Shown here in pieces: positions 39,549 through 49,182 of a stretch of 64,000 nt of DNA. How positions within the stretch are numbered: position 1 is the stretch's first letter; each line of letters starts with the position of its first letter. The stretch covers positions 11,865-75,864 of the forward strand of contig DGDS01000016.1 of the NCBI GenBank assembly GCA_002385575.1. Direction: 5' to 3'. Under the pieces are notes generated by a model, which saw only the letters and a program-made list of their open reading frames with translations, was not told the DNA's origin and searched no databases. Position numbers and translations under genes: made by a program. Source of the stretch: Bacillales bacterium UBA3946 (GTDB lineage Bacteria > Bacillota_I > Bacilli_A > ML615J-28 > CAG-698).

Positions 39549-40826
39549 TTAGGAACGGCTTTTAATATGGTTGTAAATCTCGCTTACAAAATACAAACTC
39601 CCGCAGAACACCGTCATCGTTCCCTTTTCGTTAAGCGCCGACGCGAACAATTCGCGCCAGTAGGCGACGATCCGCTTCCGTGGGTGGCGGGAAAGACAGT
39701 ACAAGTTCTCGGCCGCGTCACTGCGCTTGTATCCAAACCGGGTGAAGACGATCTCGTCCGCGATCTCATCCAACAGCGCGATCATCTCCGGCTTGTCCTT
39801 GTCGGCGGATGCGGCGAAGACGATCCGCAGGAACCTTTCCCCCTTAACCGCCCGCAAGAACTCGACCAGCCGGGATATCCCGCCCGGGTTATGGGCGCCG
39901 TCCAGCAGGACCGGCGGCTCTTTTGAAATCAATTGGAGCCGTCCCGGCCATTTCGCTTTCAAAAGCCCCGCGCGGATGTCTGCATCGGTCAGACTGATCC
40001 CGCACTTATCACGCAATACTTCCGCCGTCCGCACAGCGAGCGCGGCGTTTTCCGCCTGATGGAATCCGAGAAGGTTTACTCTGAGACCCTTGTGGGCGCG
40101 GTAATCGAACTCCGTCGCTTCCAGTGTCGCCTTGACGTTTTCCAGTTCGTCGTTAGCCACCAGGAACAGTTCGCTTTGCTTTTCCCGCGTCACGGATATG
40201 AACATATCTAGGACCTCATCGTTCCTTATCGCCACAAGCGGCACCCCCGGCTTTACGATTCCGAGCTTATTGGCGGCGATTTCCGAGAGCGTCGAACCGA
40301 GGATCTTCTCATGGTCATAGGAAATGCTGGCGATCACCGTAACCAGGGGGGTGATGATGTTAGTGGCGTCCAGCAGCCCGCCGAGTCCGACCTCAAGGAT
40401 GACGTAGTCCAGACCGGGCAGCCGGGAAAAATAAACAAAGGCCATGAGCGTCATGAATTCAAAAAACGACGGTCGGGGAATGTCCTCCGCGTCCAGAAGC
40501 GGGTATTTCGCGATGATGTAATTGCCGATATCGAGCAGCTCCGCATCGCTGATGTAGCGACCGTTACAAGCGATGCGCTCGTTAAAGACGTCGACATAGG
40601 GCGAGATGAACATCCCGACGTTATAACCGGCGCTACGCAGGATTGCCGTGAGGTAACTGACGGTCGAACCTTTTCCGTTCGTCCCGCCGACATGGATATA
40701 TTTCAAACCTTCCTGAGGATTGCCGTACGTCGCGCACAGCCGCCGCATCCTTTCCAGCGACACTTTCGGCACCAGGCGCTTCTGCGTCTCAATCCAGGCG
40801 ACTAATTCTTTTGTGTCTGTGAACAT
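39549..40826 (-). CDS. folC: Bifunctional folylpolyglutamate synthase / dihydrofolate synthase
   Basis: Mur-ligase-family P-loop HVGGTNGKGST, DHEKILG and the FolC C-domain. Start taken at MFTDTKE. Confidence 0.85.
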   Translation of the reverse strand: MFTDTKELVAWIETQKRLVPKVSLERMRRLCATYGNPQEGLKYIHVGGTNGKGSTVSYLTAILRSAGYNVGMFISPYVDVFNERIACNGRYISDAELLDIGNYIIAKYPLLDAEDIPRPSFFEFMTLMAFVYFSRLPGLDYVILEVGLGGLLDATNIITPLVTVIASISYDHEKILGSTLSEIAANKLGIVKPGVPLVAIRNDEVLDMFISVTREKQSELFLVANDELENVKATLEATEFDYRAHKGLRVNLLGFHQAENAALAVRTAEVLRDKCGISLTDADIRAGLLKAKWPGRLQLISKEPPVLLDGAHNPGGISRLVEFLRAVKGERFLRIVFAASADKDKPEMIALLDEIADEIVFTRFGYKRSDAAENLYCLSRHPRKRIVAYWRELFASALNEKGTMTVFCGSLYFVSEIYNHIKSRS

Positions 40827-41401
40827 AGTTCTCCTTGCTTTTTGCAATGTTTCAAGATTCTTCGGTGAAAGTGGATAAATAATTCAATTTCTTCAACGCC
40901 TGTTTTCCTGTCAAGGCGCGCTTCCAGCAGACCGCACAGGTGGTACAGACGCGCCGAGCCAATGTTGAGCGATACGCCTTTGATCCGATGGATCACGGCG
41001 CGGATCGCCGGATAATCGCCCCGGGCAAGCAGATCGTGTAATTCCTCTTCCAAATTGCCGTAAGCATCGCGATAGCGTTCGAGGACGTTTCCGTAAAGGC
41101 GGTAACTGCCGTTCAAATACCTTAGCGCAAGTTCCGGAGAAAAATCCTCCTCGTCCGGACGCGCTGAAACGGCGGCTTTGACCGCTGCTTCCGGCGTTGC
41201 GCCGATTGGAAACTGGGCGCCATCGGGCCGGAAAACGACTCCCTTCTTGACGTCGACGAACACATCAAAGAATTCGCGCCCGGGAAAACGGGCGGCGGCG
41301 CGGGCGTTTTTAAAGCAATAAACGCCATACCCGAGCATCTCCAGACGTCGGGCTACCTCACCCGCGCCGCCGATTACGACAATGTTATAATCCATCCCCA
41401 T
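40802..41401 (-). CDS. Hpt (histidine phosphotransfer) domain protein with a degenerate receiver-like N-terminal domain
   Basis: The C-terminal ..AIRAVIHRIKGVSLNIGSARLYHLCGLLE matches the Hpt HxxKG motif. The N-terminus NIVVIGGAGEVARRLEMLGYGVYCF..DVFVDV looks like a receiver fold lacking the acidic pocket (GG in place of DD). Confidence 0.5.
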   Translation of the reverse strand: MGMDYNIVVIGGAGEVARRLEMLGYGVYCFKNARAAARFPGREFFDVFVDVKKGVVFRPDGAQFPIGATPEAAVKAAVSARPDEEDFSPELALRYLNGSYRLYGNVLERYRDAYGNLEEELHDLLARGDYPAIRAVIHRIKGVSLNIGSARLYHLCGLLEARLDRKTGVEEIELFIHFHRRILKHCKKQGELCSQTQKN

Positions 41402-41412
41402 ACCGTACCTTC

Positions 41413-44034
41413 TTATTTATTTAGTTCGTTTAAAAGTTTCTCGATTTCTTCTTTCTGTTTCCGGAAACCGACCAGTTTCTCGCGTTCAAGTTCGACTTTT
41501 TCCGCCGGCGCCTTGCTTACGAAGTTCGGATTCTTAAGCATGTTCTCGCAACGGGCGATCTCCGCTTCCGTTTTTTCCAGTTTCGCCTGCAATTTTGCCC
41601 GCTCTTCTTCGATGTTGATGAGTTGGGCCAAAGGCACGGCGACGGTCAATTCCGGATATACGGCTAGCACCTTCCCGGTCGCATCGATCTTTTCCGTCCC
41701 GAAATTGATGTTGCGGTAATTGGCGAACCGTTGGATATAGGGCAGGTGCGCCGTGATCAGCGAAACGGATTCTTCCGCCCGCGCCTCGATTTCCAGATCT
41801 ACGAGCTGGTGGTAGGAAACGTTCTTCTCGGCGCGGATCCCGCGGACGGCGGTGATGATGTCGAAGAGGATTTCGGCACGGGAAGCGTCGGAAAAATCGA
41901 ATTTTGGATCCGCTTCCGGCCAGGGAGCCGTCGTTATGCTTCCGGCGTTAAAGCGCTGGTAGATTTCTTCCGTCACAAACGGCATGAACGGATGCAGCAG
42001 TTTCAACGCCGCCGTCAGGACATAGGCCAGGACGGCGCAGGTGCTCTGCTTCTGTTCCTCGTCACCTTCGGCGAAGACGACCTTGGTGAGTTCCAGATAC
42101 CAGGACGCGAAATCGTCCCAGATGAATTTATAAATCGGTTTCGCCGCCTCGCCGAACTCGTATTTCTCGTAGTTCTCGTCGGCGATCCTGATGATCTCGT
42201 TCAGGCGCGCGAGGATCCAACGGTCGAAAAGCGTGAGCTTGTCGGCGTTGATCGGCCGGCCGTCATAACCGGTGTTGTCAAGATTAAGGCCGACGTAGCG
42301 CGAGATGTTCCAGATCTTGTTGATGTAATTCCAGGCGGCCTCGACCTTTTCCTCGGAAAAACGCAGATCCAGCCCCGGCGTCGCTGTCGTGCACAGGAAG
42401 TAACGCAGACTGTCCATGCCGTAGCGATCGACGATGTCCTGGACCTCGATATAATTACCGAGCGATTTGCTTACCTTGCGTCCGTTCTCGTCGCGGATCA
42501 GGCCGTGGATCAAAACGTCGCGGAACGGACGTCCGCCCAGCAGGTATTTCGATTGGAAGGCCATCCTGGCGACCCAGAAGAAAATGATGTCGTAAGCGGT
42601 GACGAGGACGTCGGTCGGAAAATAACGGTCCAGATCGGGCGTCTTATCCGGCCAGCCGAGCGTTGAAAACGGCCACAGGGCGCTTGAGAACCAAGTATCG
42701 AGGACGTCCTCGTCCTGGACCCACCCCTCGCCTTCGGGGGCCGTATGGCCGACATAGATCTCTTCGCCGCGGTACCAGGCCGGAATCCGGTGTCCCCACC
42801 ACAGCTGCCGGGAGATGCACCAGTCCTGGATGTTCCCGAGCCAGTCGGCAAACGTCTTCTCGAAGCGCTCGGGGAAGAAATGGATCTTTCCTTCCGTCGC
42901 CTGCATCTTCAGGACTTCCTTCGCCAAAGGCTCCATCGCCACAAACCACTGCTTCGAGAGCCGCGGCTCGACGACGACGCCGGTCCGCTCGCTATGGCCG
43001 ACGGCGTGGATGATCTTCTCGATCTTCTGCAACAATCCGTTCGCCTGCAGGGCTGCCACGACCGCCTTCCGGCAGGCAAAGCGCTCCATGCCTTGGTATT
43101 TCCCGGCGAGTTCGTTCATCGTCCCGTCTTCATTCATGCAACGGGGCATCGGCAAGTTGTGCCTCAATCCCACCTCGAAGTCATTAGGATCGTGAGCCGG
43201 CGTGACTTTGACGATGCCAGTCCCGTATTCGATATCGACGTAATCGTCGGCGATGATCGGGATCTTTCGATCGGTCTCGGGAATGATCACCTCGCGACCG
43301 ACCATGTTTTTGAAACGGTCGTCTTTGGGATTGACCATCAACGCGACGTCACCAAACATCGTCTCCGGACGGGTCGTGGCGACGGTGAGGCCACCGGGAG
43401 TGCCGTCCGCGAACGGGTAAGTAATATAGTAAAGCGCACCCTCGACTTCCTGGTAAATAACCTCGATATTGGAAAGGGCGGTCTTGCTTTGGACGTCCCA
43501 GTTGATGATCCGCTCGCCCCGGTATATCAGGCCTTCGTTATACATCCGGATGAAGACCTCGTTCACGGCGCAGTTCAGTCCCTCATCAAGGGTGAACCGC
43601 TCGCGGGTATAATCGAGGCTAAGGCCGATCATTTCCCATTGCTCGCGAATAAAGGACGCATATTTATCTTTCCATTGCCAGCATACATCCAGGAAGCGTT
43701 CGCGCCCCAGATCGAAGCGATTCTGACCTTTTTTCCGCAGTTCGGCTTCGACCTTGGCCTGCGTCGCGATGCTCGCGTGGTCCATTCCCGGCAGATACAG
43801 GACGTCATATCCCTTCATCCGCTTCCGCCGGACGATGATGTCCTGTAGCGTCGTGTTCAGGACGTGCCCGATGTGGAGCTTACCCGTGATGTTCGGGGGC
43901 GGGATGACGATCGTATAAGGTTTCTTGCTCGGATCGACCCCGGCCTGAAAATAACCGTTTTCAACCCAGCGGCGGTACTTGCCTTTTTCAACGGTTTTGA
44001 AATCGTACTTCGTCGGTAAATCTTTCAGTTTCAT
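41413..44034 (-). CDS. valS: Valine--tRNA ligase
   Basis: HIGH (PNITGKLHIGH) and KMSKS motifs, editing domain, and a C-terminal coiled coil; 873 aa. Confidence 0.95.
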   Translation of the reverse strand: MKLKDLPTKYDFKTVEKGKYRRWVENGYFQAGVDPSKKPYTIVIPPPNITGKLHIGHVLNTTLQDIIVRRKRMKGYDVLYLPGMDHASIATQAKVEAELRKKGQNRFDLGRERFLDVCWQWKDKYASFIREQWEMIGLSLDYTRERFTLDEGLNCAVNEVFIRMYNEGLIYRGERIINWDVQSKTALSNIEVIYQEVEGALYYITYPFADGTPGGLTVATTRPETMFGDVALMVNPKDDRFKNMVGREVIIPETDRKIPIIADDYVDIEYGTGIVKVTPAHDPNDFEVGLRHNLPMPRCMNEDGTMNELAGKYQGMERFACRKAVVAALQANGLLQKIEKIIHAVGHSERTGVVVEPRLSKQWFVAMEPLAKEVLKMQATEGKIHFFPERFEKTFADWLGNIQDWCISRQLWWGHRIPAWYRGEEIYVGHTAPEGEGWVQDEDVLDTWFSSALWPFSTLGWPDKTPDLDRYFPTDVLVTAYDIIFFWVARMAFQSKYLLGGRPFRDVLIHGLIRDENGRKVSKSLGNYIEVQDIVDRYGMDSLRYFLCTTATPGLDLRFSEEKVEAAWNYINKIWNISRYVGLNLDNTGYDGRPINADKLTLFDRWILARLNEIIRIADENYEKYEFGEAAKPIYKFIWDDFASWYLELTKVVFAEGDEEQKQSTCAVLAYVLTAALKLLHPFMPFVTEEIYQRFNAGSITTAPWPEADPKFDFSDASRAEILFDIITAVRGIRAEKNVSYHQLVDLEIEARAEESVSLITAHLPYIQRFANYRNINFGTEKIDATGKVLAVYPELTVAVPLAQLINIEEERAKLQAKLEKTEAEIARCENMLKNPNFVSKAPAEKVELEREKLVGFRKQKEEIEKLLNELNK

Positions 44035-44039
44035 GTCAC

Positions 44040-44295
44040 ACCTCCAACAAAAAAGTCCTTATCTGAAGATAAGGACGAAAGAATCCGCGGTACCACCTTA
44101 GTTCGCCGGAACATGAAAAAAATCCGGCGCGCTTGAATGCCCTTAACGCAAGGCAACGCGGGTATCGCTAACTATTCACGATACCGGCTCTAAGGCGACC
44201 TTCGCGACCTCGTGGGAGGCTTTTCACCAACCAGCCCCTCTCTGCGACCAACCGCAGGACGCTACTCCTCCTTTTCATAGCCTTTGTTCTAATTA
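44040..44295 (-). promoter_or_regulatory. T-box riboswitch leader of valS (with terminator/antiterminator)
   Basis: Minus strand carries the conserved T-box AACTAAGGTGGTACCGCGG, directly followed by the terminator GTCCTTATC-ttcag-ATAAGGAC+TTTTTT. A Stem I region with AGAGA and GUC (Val codon) motifs lies upstream, and a TTGACT-17-TATAAT promoter sits at 44302-44330. Confidence 0.8.
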
Positions 44296-44443
44296 TGGAT
44301 TATTATATGATATTTTTTCATAAAAGTCAATGTATAAACGCATTTTCTTATGAAGTGGTTTTTTAGTCCTTATCCGATGACGATCAACAACACCCCCGGA
44401 CAACACAGAAGGGTCTTCTATCGCAAACAGCCGCTCGCGATTT

Positions 44444-46312
44444 TTATTCGCGGTAGACGTCCCCGGCAATCCTAACCTCGGTGCGGGGCGAAAGCGAGAT
44501 CTCGAGGATCTTTACCGCTTCCGGAGCGGTCAGGCGTTTGTATTGCTGGGAATAGAAACGCTTGTTGAACCGTTTCACGTATTTAAGGGCTTCATGTCCC
44601 GTCAGATTGAAGAATTTCTTTAAGAGATACACGATCCGCTCGTCGTCGTCGCCGACAACCCAGAAACGATAAAGGATGAAGTCGTTGATCTCGTACTTGC
44701 CGATAAGTTCCTCGGTCTTCTGGTCGACTCCGGTGAGTTCCGGGGAAATCGGGGCGGAAAGGATGAGATCGAGGATGGCGGCCGTCTCCGGATAGACGGA
44801 CTTGTAGTATCTGACCGTTTCGATCACGGCCGTCTTGGTCAGGCCGGCGTTAAGGCCGTACATCGCCATGTGGTCGCCGCCGAAGGTTGACCATCCCAGG
44901 GCCATCTCGCTCATGTCAGACGTGCCGATGACCAAGGCCCCGCGCAGGTTGGCGAGGTTCATGAGCGTGTGGGTGCGGATCCGCGCCTGGACGTTTTCAT
45001 AGGTGGCGTCCTTGATCTTGCCGTCATGGCCGATGGCGTTCAGGGAACGCTCGACATCAAGGGCGATCGGGATTTCCATGAACGTGACGCCAAGGGCGGC
45101 CGCCAGGTCGCGGGCATTGTTCAGGGAGAACGATCCCGTTTCCTTTGAAGGCATCGTCACGGCGATGATGTCTTCACGTTTATATCCGTAACGATCAAAG
45201 GCATAACACAAGGAAAGCAGCGCCAAAGTCGAGTCAAGACCGCCGCTTAAGCCGAGGACGCAGCGCTCGATGCCGATGTATTGTAATCTTTTGATGACAC
45301 CGGCGGCCTGGATGTTGATGATGTCGCGATAGTCGCGTTCATGTTTCGGCACGAACGGACGCGTTTCCACCGGTTTTTCGAAGACATAATCGTCGCCGCG
45401 CTCAAGTTTGAACGGCACCATCCTGATGCTGTCGTCGCGGGTGAATTCCTGGACGTTCTTGTAATAGCTGTTGTTCCGACGCAGGTGATGGAGTTTCAAA
45501 ACGTCGATATCGCCGTAGATGATGCTCGAGGCGAGGGAGATCTCATCGTCCTCCGCCACGATCTTCCCGTTCTCCGCGATCAGCTTATGGCTGCTGAACA
45601 CGACCTCGCTCGTCGATTCGCTCGCGTTATTGGAGACGTATACATAGGCGCCGTTGAACTTCAGGCTGATGCTTTGGGTCAGAATCTCGCGGCGTTCCTT
45701 TTTCCCGATAAAGGCCGGGGAGGCGCTCGAGTTGAAAACGATCAACGCGCCGTTGGCGTAAAGCGTCTCATTCGGCGAGATCGGCGCCCACATGTCGGCG
45801 CAAACCTCCGCCGCAAACTTCACTTCCCCGCCCTCATCGGAAAAGATGAGCTTGCCGAAGGGGATTTCGGCGCCGAAAAGGGTGATCGATTTTATCTTAT
45901 CGGTCAGGTCACTTCCGCTTTGAAACCAGCGGGCCTCGTAGAATTCGTTGGTATGGGGGAGATAACTCTTCGGGACGATCCCCAGGATCTTCTTGCCCTG
46001 GACGACGAAACTGCAGTTAAAGACCGTGTCGTTATCGAAGATGTAGGAACCGAAGATCATCACCCCGGAAAACGGGTTGTTTTCCAGCAGGTACTCGATC
46101 GCGGTCAGCGATTGCTCATACAGGTACCGCTGGAAAACCAAATCGCCGATCGAATAGCCGGTAATGCACATTTCCGGGAAACAGATGATTGCCGGACGCC
46201 GGGCTTCCGCCTCCTTCAGCAGGTCGATCATCGCGCGGACGTTATAGCCGGTATCGCCCACGCGGCTGCTCGGACAGGCGGCGGCGACTTTCAAAAAACC
46301 GTGTGCGTACAT
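44444..46312 (-). CDS. nadE: Glutamine-dependent NAD+ synthetase (nitrilase-like domain + NAD synthetase domain)
   Basis: N-terminal CN-hydrolase domain (catalytic Cys in FPEMC region) and a C-terminal PP-loop SGGLDS. Confidence 0.9.
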   Translation of the reverse strand: MYAHGFLKVAAACPSSRVGDTGYNVRAMIDLLKEAEARRPAIICFPEMCITGYSIGDLVFQRYLYEQSLTAIEYLLENNPFSGVMIFGSYIFDNDTVFNCSFVVQGKKILGIVPKSYLPHTNEFYEARWFQSGSDLTDKIKSITLFGAEIPFGKLIFSDEGGEVKFAAEVCADMWAPISPNETLYANGALIVFNSSASPAFIGKKERREILTQSISLKFNGAYVYVSNNASESTSEVVFSSHKLIAENGKIVAEDDEISLASSIIYGDIDVLKLHHLRRNNSYYKNVQEFTRDDSIRMVPFKLERGDDYVFEKPVETRPFVPKHERDYRDIINIQAAGVIKRLQYIGIERCVLGLSGGLDSTLALLSLCYAFDRYGYKREDIIAVTMPSKETGSFSLNNARDLAAALGVTFMEIPIALDVERSLNAIGHDGKIKDATYENVQARIRTHTLMNLANLRGALVIGTSDMSEMALGWSTFGGDHMAMYGLNAGLTKTAVIETVRYYKSVYPETAAILDLILSAPISPELTGVDQKTEELIGKYEINDFILYRFWVVGDDDERIVYLLKKFFNLTGHEALKYVKRFNKRFYSQQYKRLTAPEAVKILEISLSPRTEVRIAGDVYRE

Positions 46313-46315
46313 ATG

Positions 46316-46873
46316 TTACTCCTTGTATAAGTTGTTTTCCTTTATATATTGTGCCACTTCCGGCAGTAAATATTTATCGTCTTTCGTGTTTCGATATGCG
46401 CTCGCGGCGATGTCCAGTTTGCCGATATCGAGGATCGTGAAATGGTCCCGATAGTCTTTCAAAGAATCGCGGGAAAGGATCTCTCCGACATCGGCGCCGA
46501 GACGGGGAACGACGATGAAGCGGTTTTCCGCGACCACCGCCGGGAAGTTGATCCAGTTTTTGATGCCGGCCAGGTTATCAGCGCCAAGCAGGAAGACCGG
46601 ATCCTTAAAATGCTTAAGGGACCGGTAGGTGCCGCCGTAGGTCGCATCTCTGATCTCCAGGTCGCTCACCGCCGCGCGCGGTCCCAACCGCTGGCATAAT
46701 AGTTCAAGCATCGCCAGCCGGTGCCCGTCGGCGATCAGGCCCGCTTTCCAGTAAGCCTGTCCGGTCGGCAGAAAATAAAAGGCGGCGTCGGGATACGCGG
46801 ACATCACCCGCGCGGCGATCCGATAGTGAGCTACGGTCGGGGGATTGAACGATCCGCCGAAGACAATATCCAT
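46316..46873 (-). CDS. nadD: Nicotinate-nucleotide adenylyltransferase
   Basis: GGSFNPPTVAH (HxGH-type nucleotidyltransferase motif), 185 aa. Confidence 0.85.
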   Translation of the reverse strand: MDIVFGGSFNPPTVAHYRIAARVMSAYPDAAFYFLPTGQAYWKAGLIADGHRLAMLELLCQRLGPRAAVSDLEIRDATYGGTYRSLKHFKDPVFLLGADNLAGIKNWINFPAVVAENRFIVVPRLGADVGEILSRDSLKDYRDHFTILDIGKLDIAASAYRNTKDDKYLLPEVAQYIKENNLYKE

Positions 46874-46945
46874 AATACCATCTCTTTCTAAGCCTATTTT
46901 ACCATAATTATTGACAAAAGTTAAGTAAAAAAATGCCTTCCGGCA

Positions 46946-48196
46946 TTATTTTTTCCTGATTCGCTCCGTAAAATACCGCCCGCGCTCGGCGTAATCATGA
47001 AACTGGTCGTAACTGGGAGCACCCGGCGAAAAAAGTACAATCGTTATTCCCGCAAGATAGACATCATGCGCATCCAACGCCGATGCAAGATCCGGATAAG
47101 TGACGACCATTATTCCATATGTGCGGAAAAAATCGGCTAATAGTTTTCGGTTTTCCCCGCAGGCGATAACGCGTCTAACCGCTTGCAGTTCCCGGGCGAC
47201 GAGCGAAAAGTCCGCTTCTTCTTCCTTCCCCCCGCAAATCAACAGCACCTTTTCATCGGAAAATAACGCAAGCGCGGCCGCGAGCGCCGCGGGGTTTGTG
47301 GCCTTGGAGTCATTGTAGTATTTGATCCCGGCAATCGTTGCCACATGTTCGATCCGGTGTGGAAACGGCCGGAATCCCTGAAAGTGTTCCGCCGTGATTA
47401 CAATATCAGGCTGGAAAGCGCAAACCGCCGAAAGCACCGCGAGCGCGTTGGCGCGGTTATGCGCGCCGGGAAGGGTGATTGCATCCGCATCCAGCAGGAA
47501 CCGGTCTTTAAAATATATCTTCCCGTCCTCGATAAAACCGCCGTCGACTTTGTCCCGGACGGAAAAGGGTATGTTTACGCCGGGCGAGGTCTTGGCAAGC
47601 ACCCGCGCGCGTTCATCGTCCGCGTTATAAATCAAAACGTCTTCCGGCCGCCGTTTTGCTACGATCTTGCCTTTCGCGGATGCGTACGCCTCGAAATCGC
47701 CGTGGCGGGAAAGGTGGTGCGGCGTGATGTTGAGGACGACCGCGACATCCGTGCGAAAGCCGCGACATGATTCCAGCATGAAGCTTGAGGCCTCGATCAC
47801 CAGCGGCCTTTCCGACTCCGTGAACGTGAAAAGCGGCGTGCCGATGTTACCGCCCAGGTCGGCATCCGGCATGAGATGGGCGATCAGCGCCGCGGTCGTC
47901 GTCTTCCCGTTCGTCCCGGTCACCGTGATCGTCTTCCGATCGGGAAAGCACCGATAAAACAACTCGAGATCGGATATTACTTCGATTCTCTCTTCAAGGC
48001 ATTTTTCCACCATGGGATGGTCGGTTGGGAAGCCGCTGCTCTTAACCGCTAGTTCTACTCCCGTCAGGTCAATCCAACCAGTATGTTCAGGGATATTGTC
48101 GTCATAGATGGTGTATTTACGCCCCTGGTTTTCTAGATAAGCCGCGACCGCCCGGTTCGCGCTTCCATACCCGAGCAAAAGAAATCTGTCTTTGAT
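46946..48196 (-). CDS. murD: UDP-N-acetylmuramoylalanine--D-glutamate ligase
   Basis: LLLGYGSANRAV Rossmann N-domain and Mur ligase P-loop GTNGKTT. Start is uncertain: the in-frame ORF runs to ATG 48292 (85-nt overlap with mraY), but an AGGAGG RBS sits 7 nt before a non-canonical ATC at 48196, and a TTG lies at 48178. Confidence 0.75.
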   Translation of the reverse strand: MKDRFLLLGYGSANRAVAAYLENQGRKYTIYDDNIPEHTGWIDLTGVELAVKSSGFPTDHPMVEKCLEERIEVISDLELFYRCFPDRKTITVTGTNGKTTTAALIAHLMPDADLGGNIGTPLFTFTESERPLVIEASSFMLESCRGFRTDVAVVLNITPHHLSRHGDFEAYASAKGKIVAKRRPEDVLIYNADDERARVLAKTSPGVNIPFSVRDKVDGGFIEDGKIYFKDRFLLDADAITLPGAHNRANALAVLSAVCAFQPDIVITAEHFQGFRPFPHRIEHVATIAGIKYYNDSKATNPAALAAALALFSDEKVLLICGGKEEEADFSLVARELQAVRRVIACGENRKLLADFFRTYGIMVVTYPDLASALDAHDVYLAGITIVLFSPGAPSYDQFHDYAERGRYFTERIRKK

Positions 48197-48207
48197 AGCA
48201 AAACCTC

Positions 48208-49182
48208 CTACAGGAAATAATTCAAGGCAAGTACGACCGCTCCGAGCGCGCTGAGAAGCCCGACAATCCAGAACAACGCGTCGATTTCCCACTCGTTCAT
48301 GCCCTTGAGTTCGAAATGATGGTGGATCGGGCTCATCAGGAAGATTCGCTTTCCGCCGGTCATTTTGAAGTAGATGACCTGGATCAGCACGGACAGCCCC
48401 TCGACAACGAAAACAAGCCCGACAACGAGAAGCAACACCTCCATTTTCAGCAGCACGAACATGTTGACAAGCGTCGCGCCGAGGGCGAGGGAACCGACGT
48501 CGCCCATGAAGATCTTCGCCGGGTTGAAGTTGTAACAGAAAAAGGCGAGGATGGCGCCGGTTGTGGCGAGGGCGAAAAGCGTGATCCCCACGTTGCCGGA
48601 AAAGGCGGCGATCAGCGCGGTCGCAGAAAAGGCGATAATCAATAGTCCGCTTGCTAATCCGTCCAGACCGTCGCTAAAGTTGACGGCATTGGTAAACCCG
48701 AGAAAGAACAATAACACCAAAACACCGTAAAACCACTTCAGGTCGATCGTCCGGCCGAAAAAGTTGATGGTCGAGGCAAATCCCTTGTCTAAAAACAAAT
48801 AAAAATACATCCCGGCCCAGACGACCTGCATGAACAATTTGAAGTACTTTCCGAGGCCTTCGTTGTTTCTTTTTACGACGATCAGATAATCGTCGATAAA
48901 ACCGAGCGCCCCGTACAGGATCATCGGCATGAACAAAAGCAAGAGGAGCCGCCTATCGAAGGAGGCGTCGGTAAAGTGGAGGTAAAGAATCGAAAAGACA
49001 ATGGACAAAAGAATGATCAACCCGCCCATCGTCGGCGTCCCCGCCTTCCCGTAATGGGTCTTCGGCCCTTCCTTCCTGATGCTTTGGCCGATTTTGACCC
49101 GCCTGAGCAGCGGTATTAAAAACACATACATAAATATCGCGCAAATAAACGCGAACAAAAAGCCTTTCACATAGACGTTCAT
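48208..49182 (-). CDS. mraY: Phospho-N-acetylmuramoyl-pentapeptide transferase
   Basis: Ten-TM MraY pattern with conserved DD..D and HHH motifs (SPIHHHFE). Confidence 0.9.
   Translation of the reverse strand: MNVYVKGFLFAFICAIFMYVFLIPLLRRVKIGQSIRKEGPKTHYGKAGTPTMGGLIILLSIVFSILYLHFTDASFDRRLLLLLFMPMILYGALGFIDDYLIVVKRNNEGLGKYFKLFMQVVWAGMYFYLFLDKGFASTINFFGRTIDLKWFYGVLVLLFFLGFTNAVNFSDGLDGLASGLLIIAFSATALIAAFSGNVGITLFALATTGAILAFFCYNFNPAKIFMGDVGSLALGATLVNMFVLLKMEVLLLVVGLVFVVEGLSVLIQVIYFKMTGGKRIFLMSPIHHHFELKGMNEWEIDALFWIVGLLSALGAVVLALNYFL

Noticed and set aside
48197-48292. MurD N-terminal extension MGNRRVVLDCRASQRARSGRTCLELFPVGGFA, overlapping mraY by 85 nt.
   Set aside because: It is unlike any MurD N-terminus. 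An AGGAGG RBS sits just upstream of the conserved IKDRFLLLGYG region, so the gene likely starts there from a non-ATG codon. The exact start is left uncertain.
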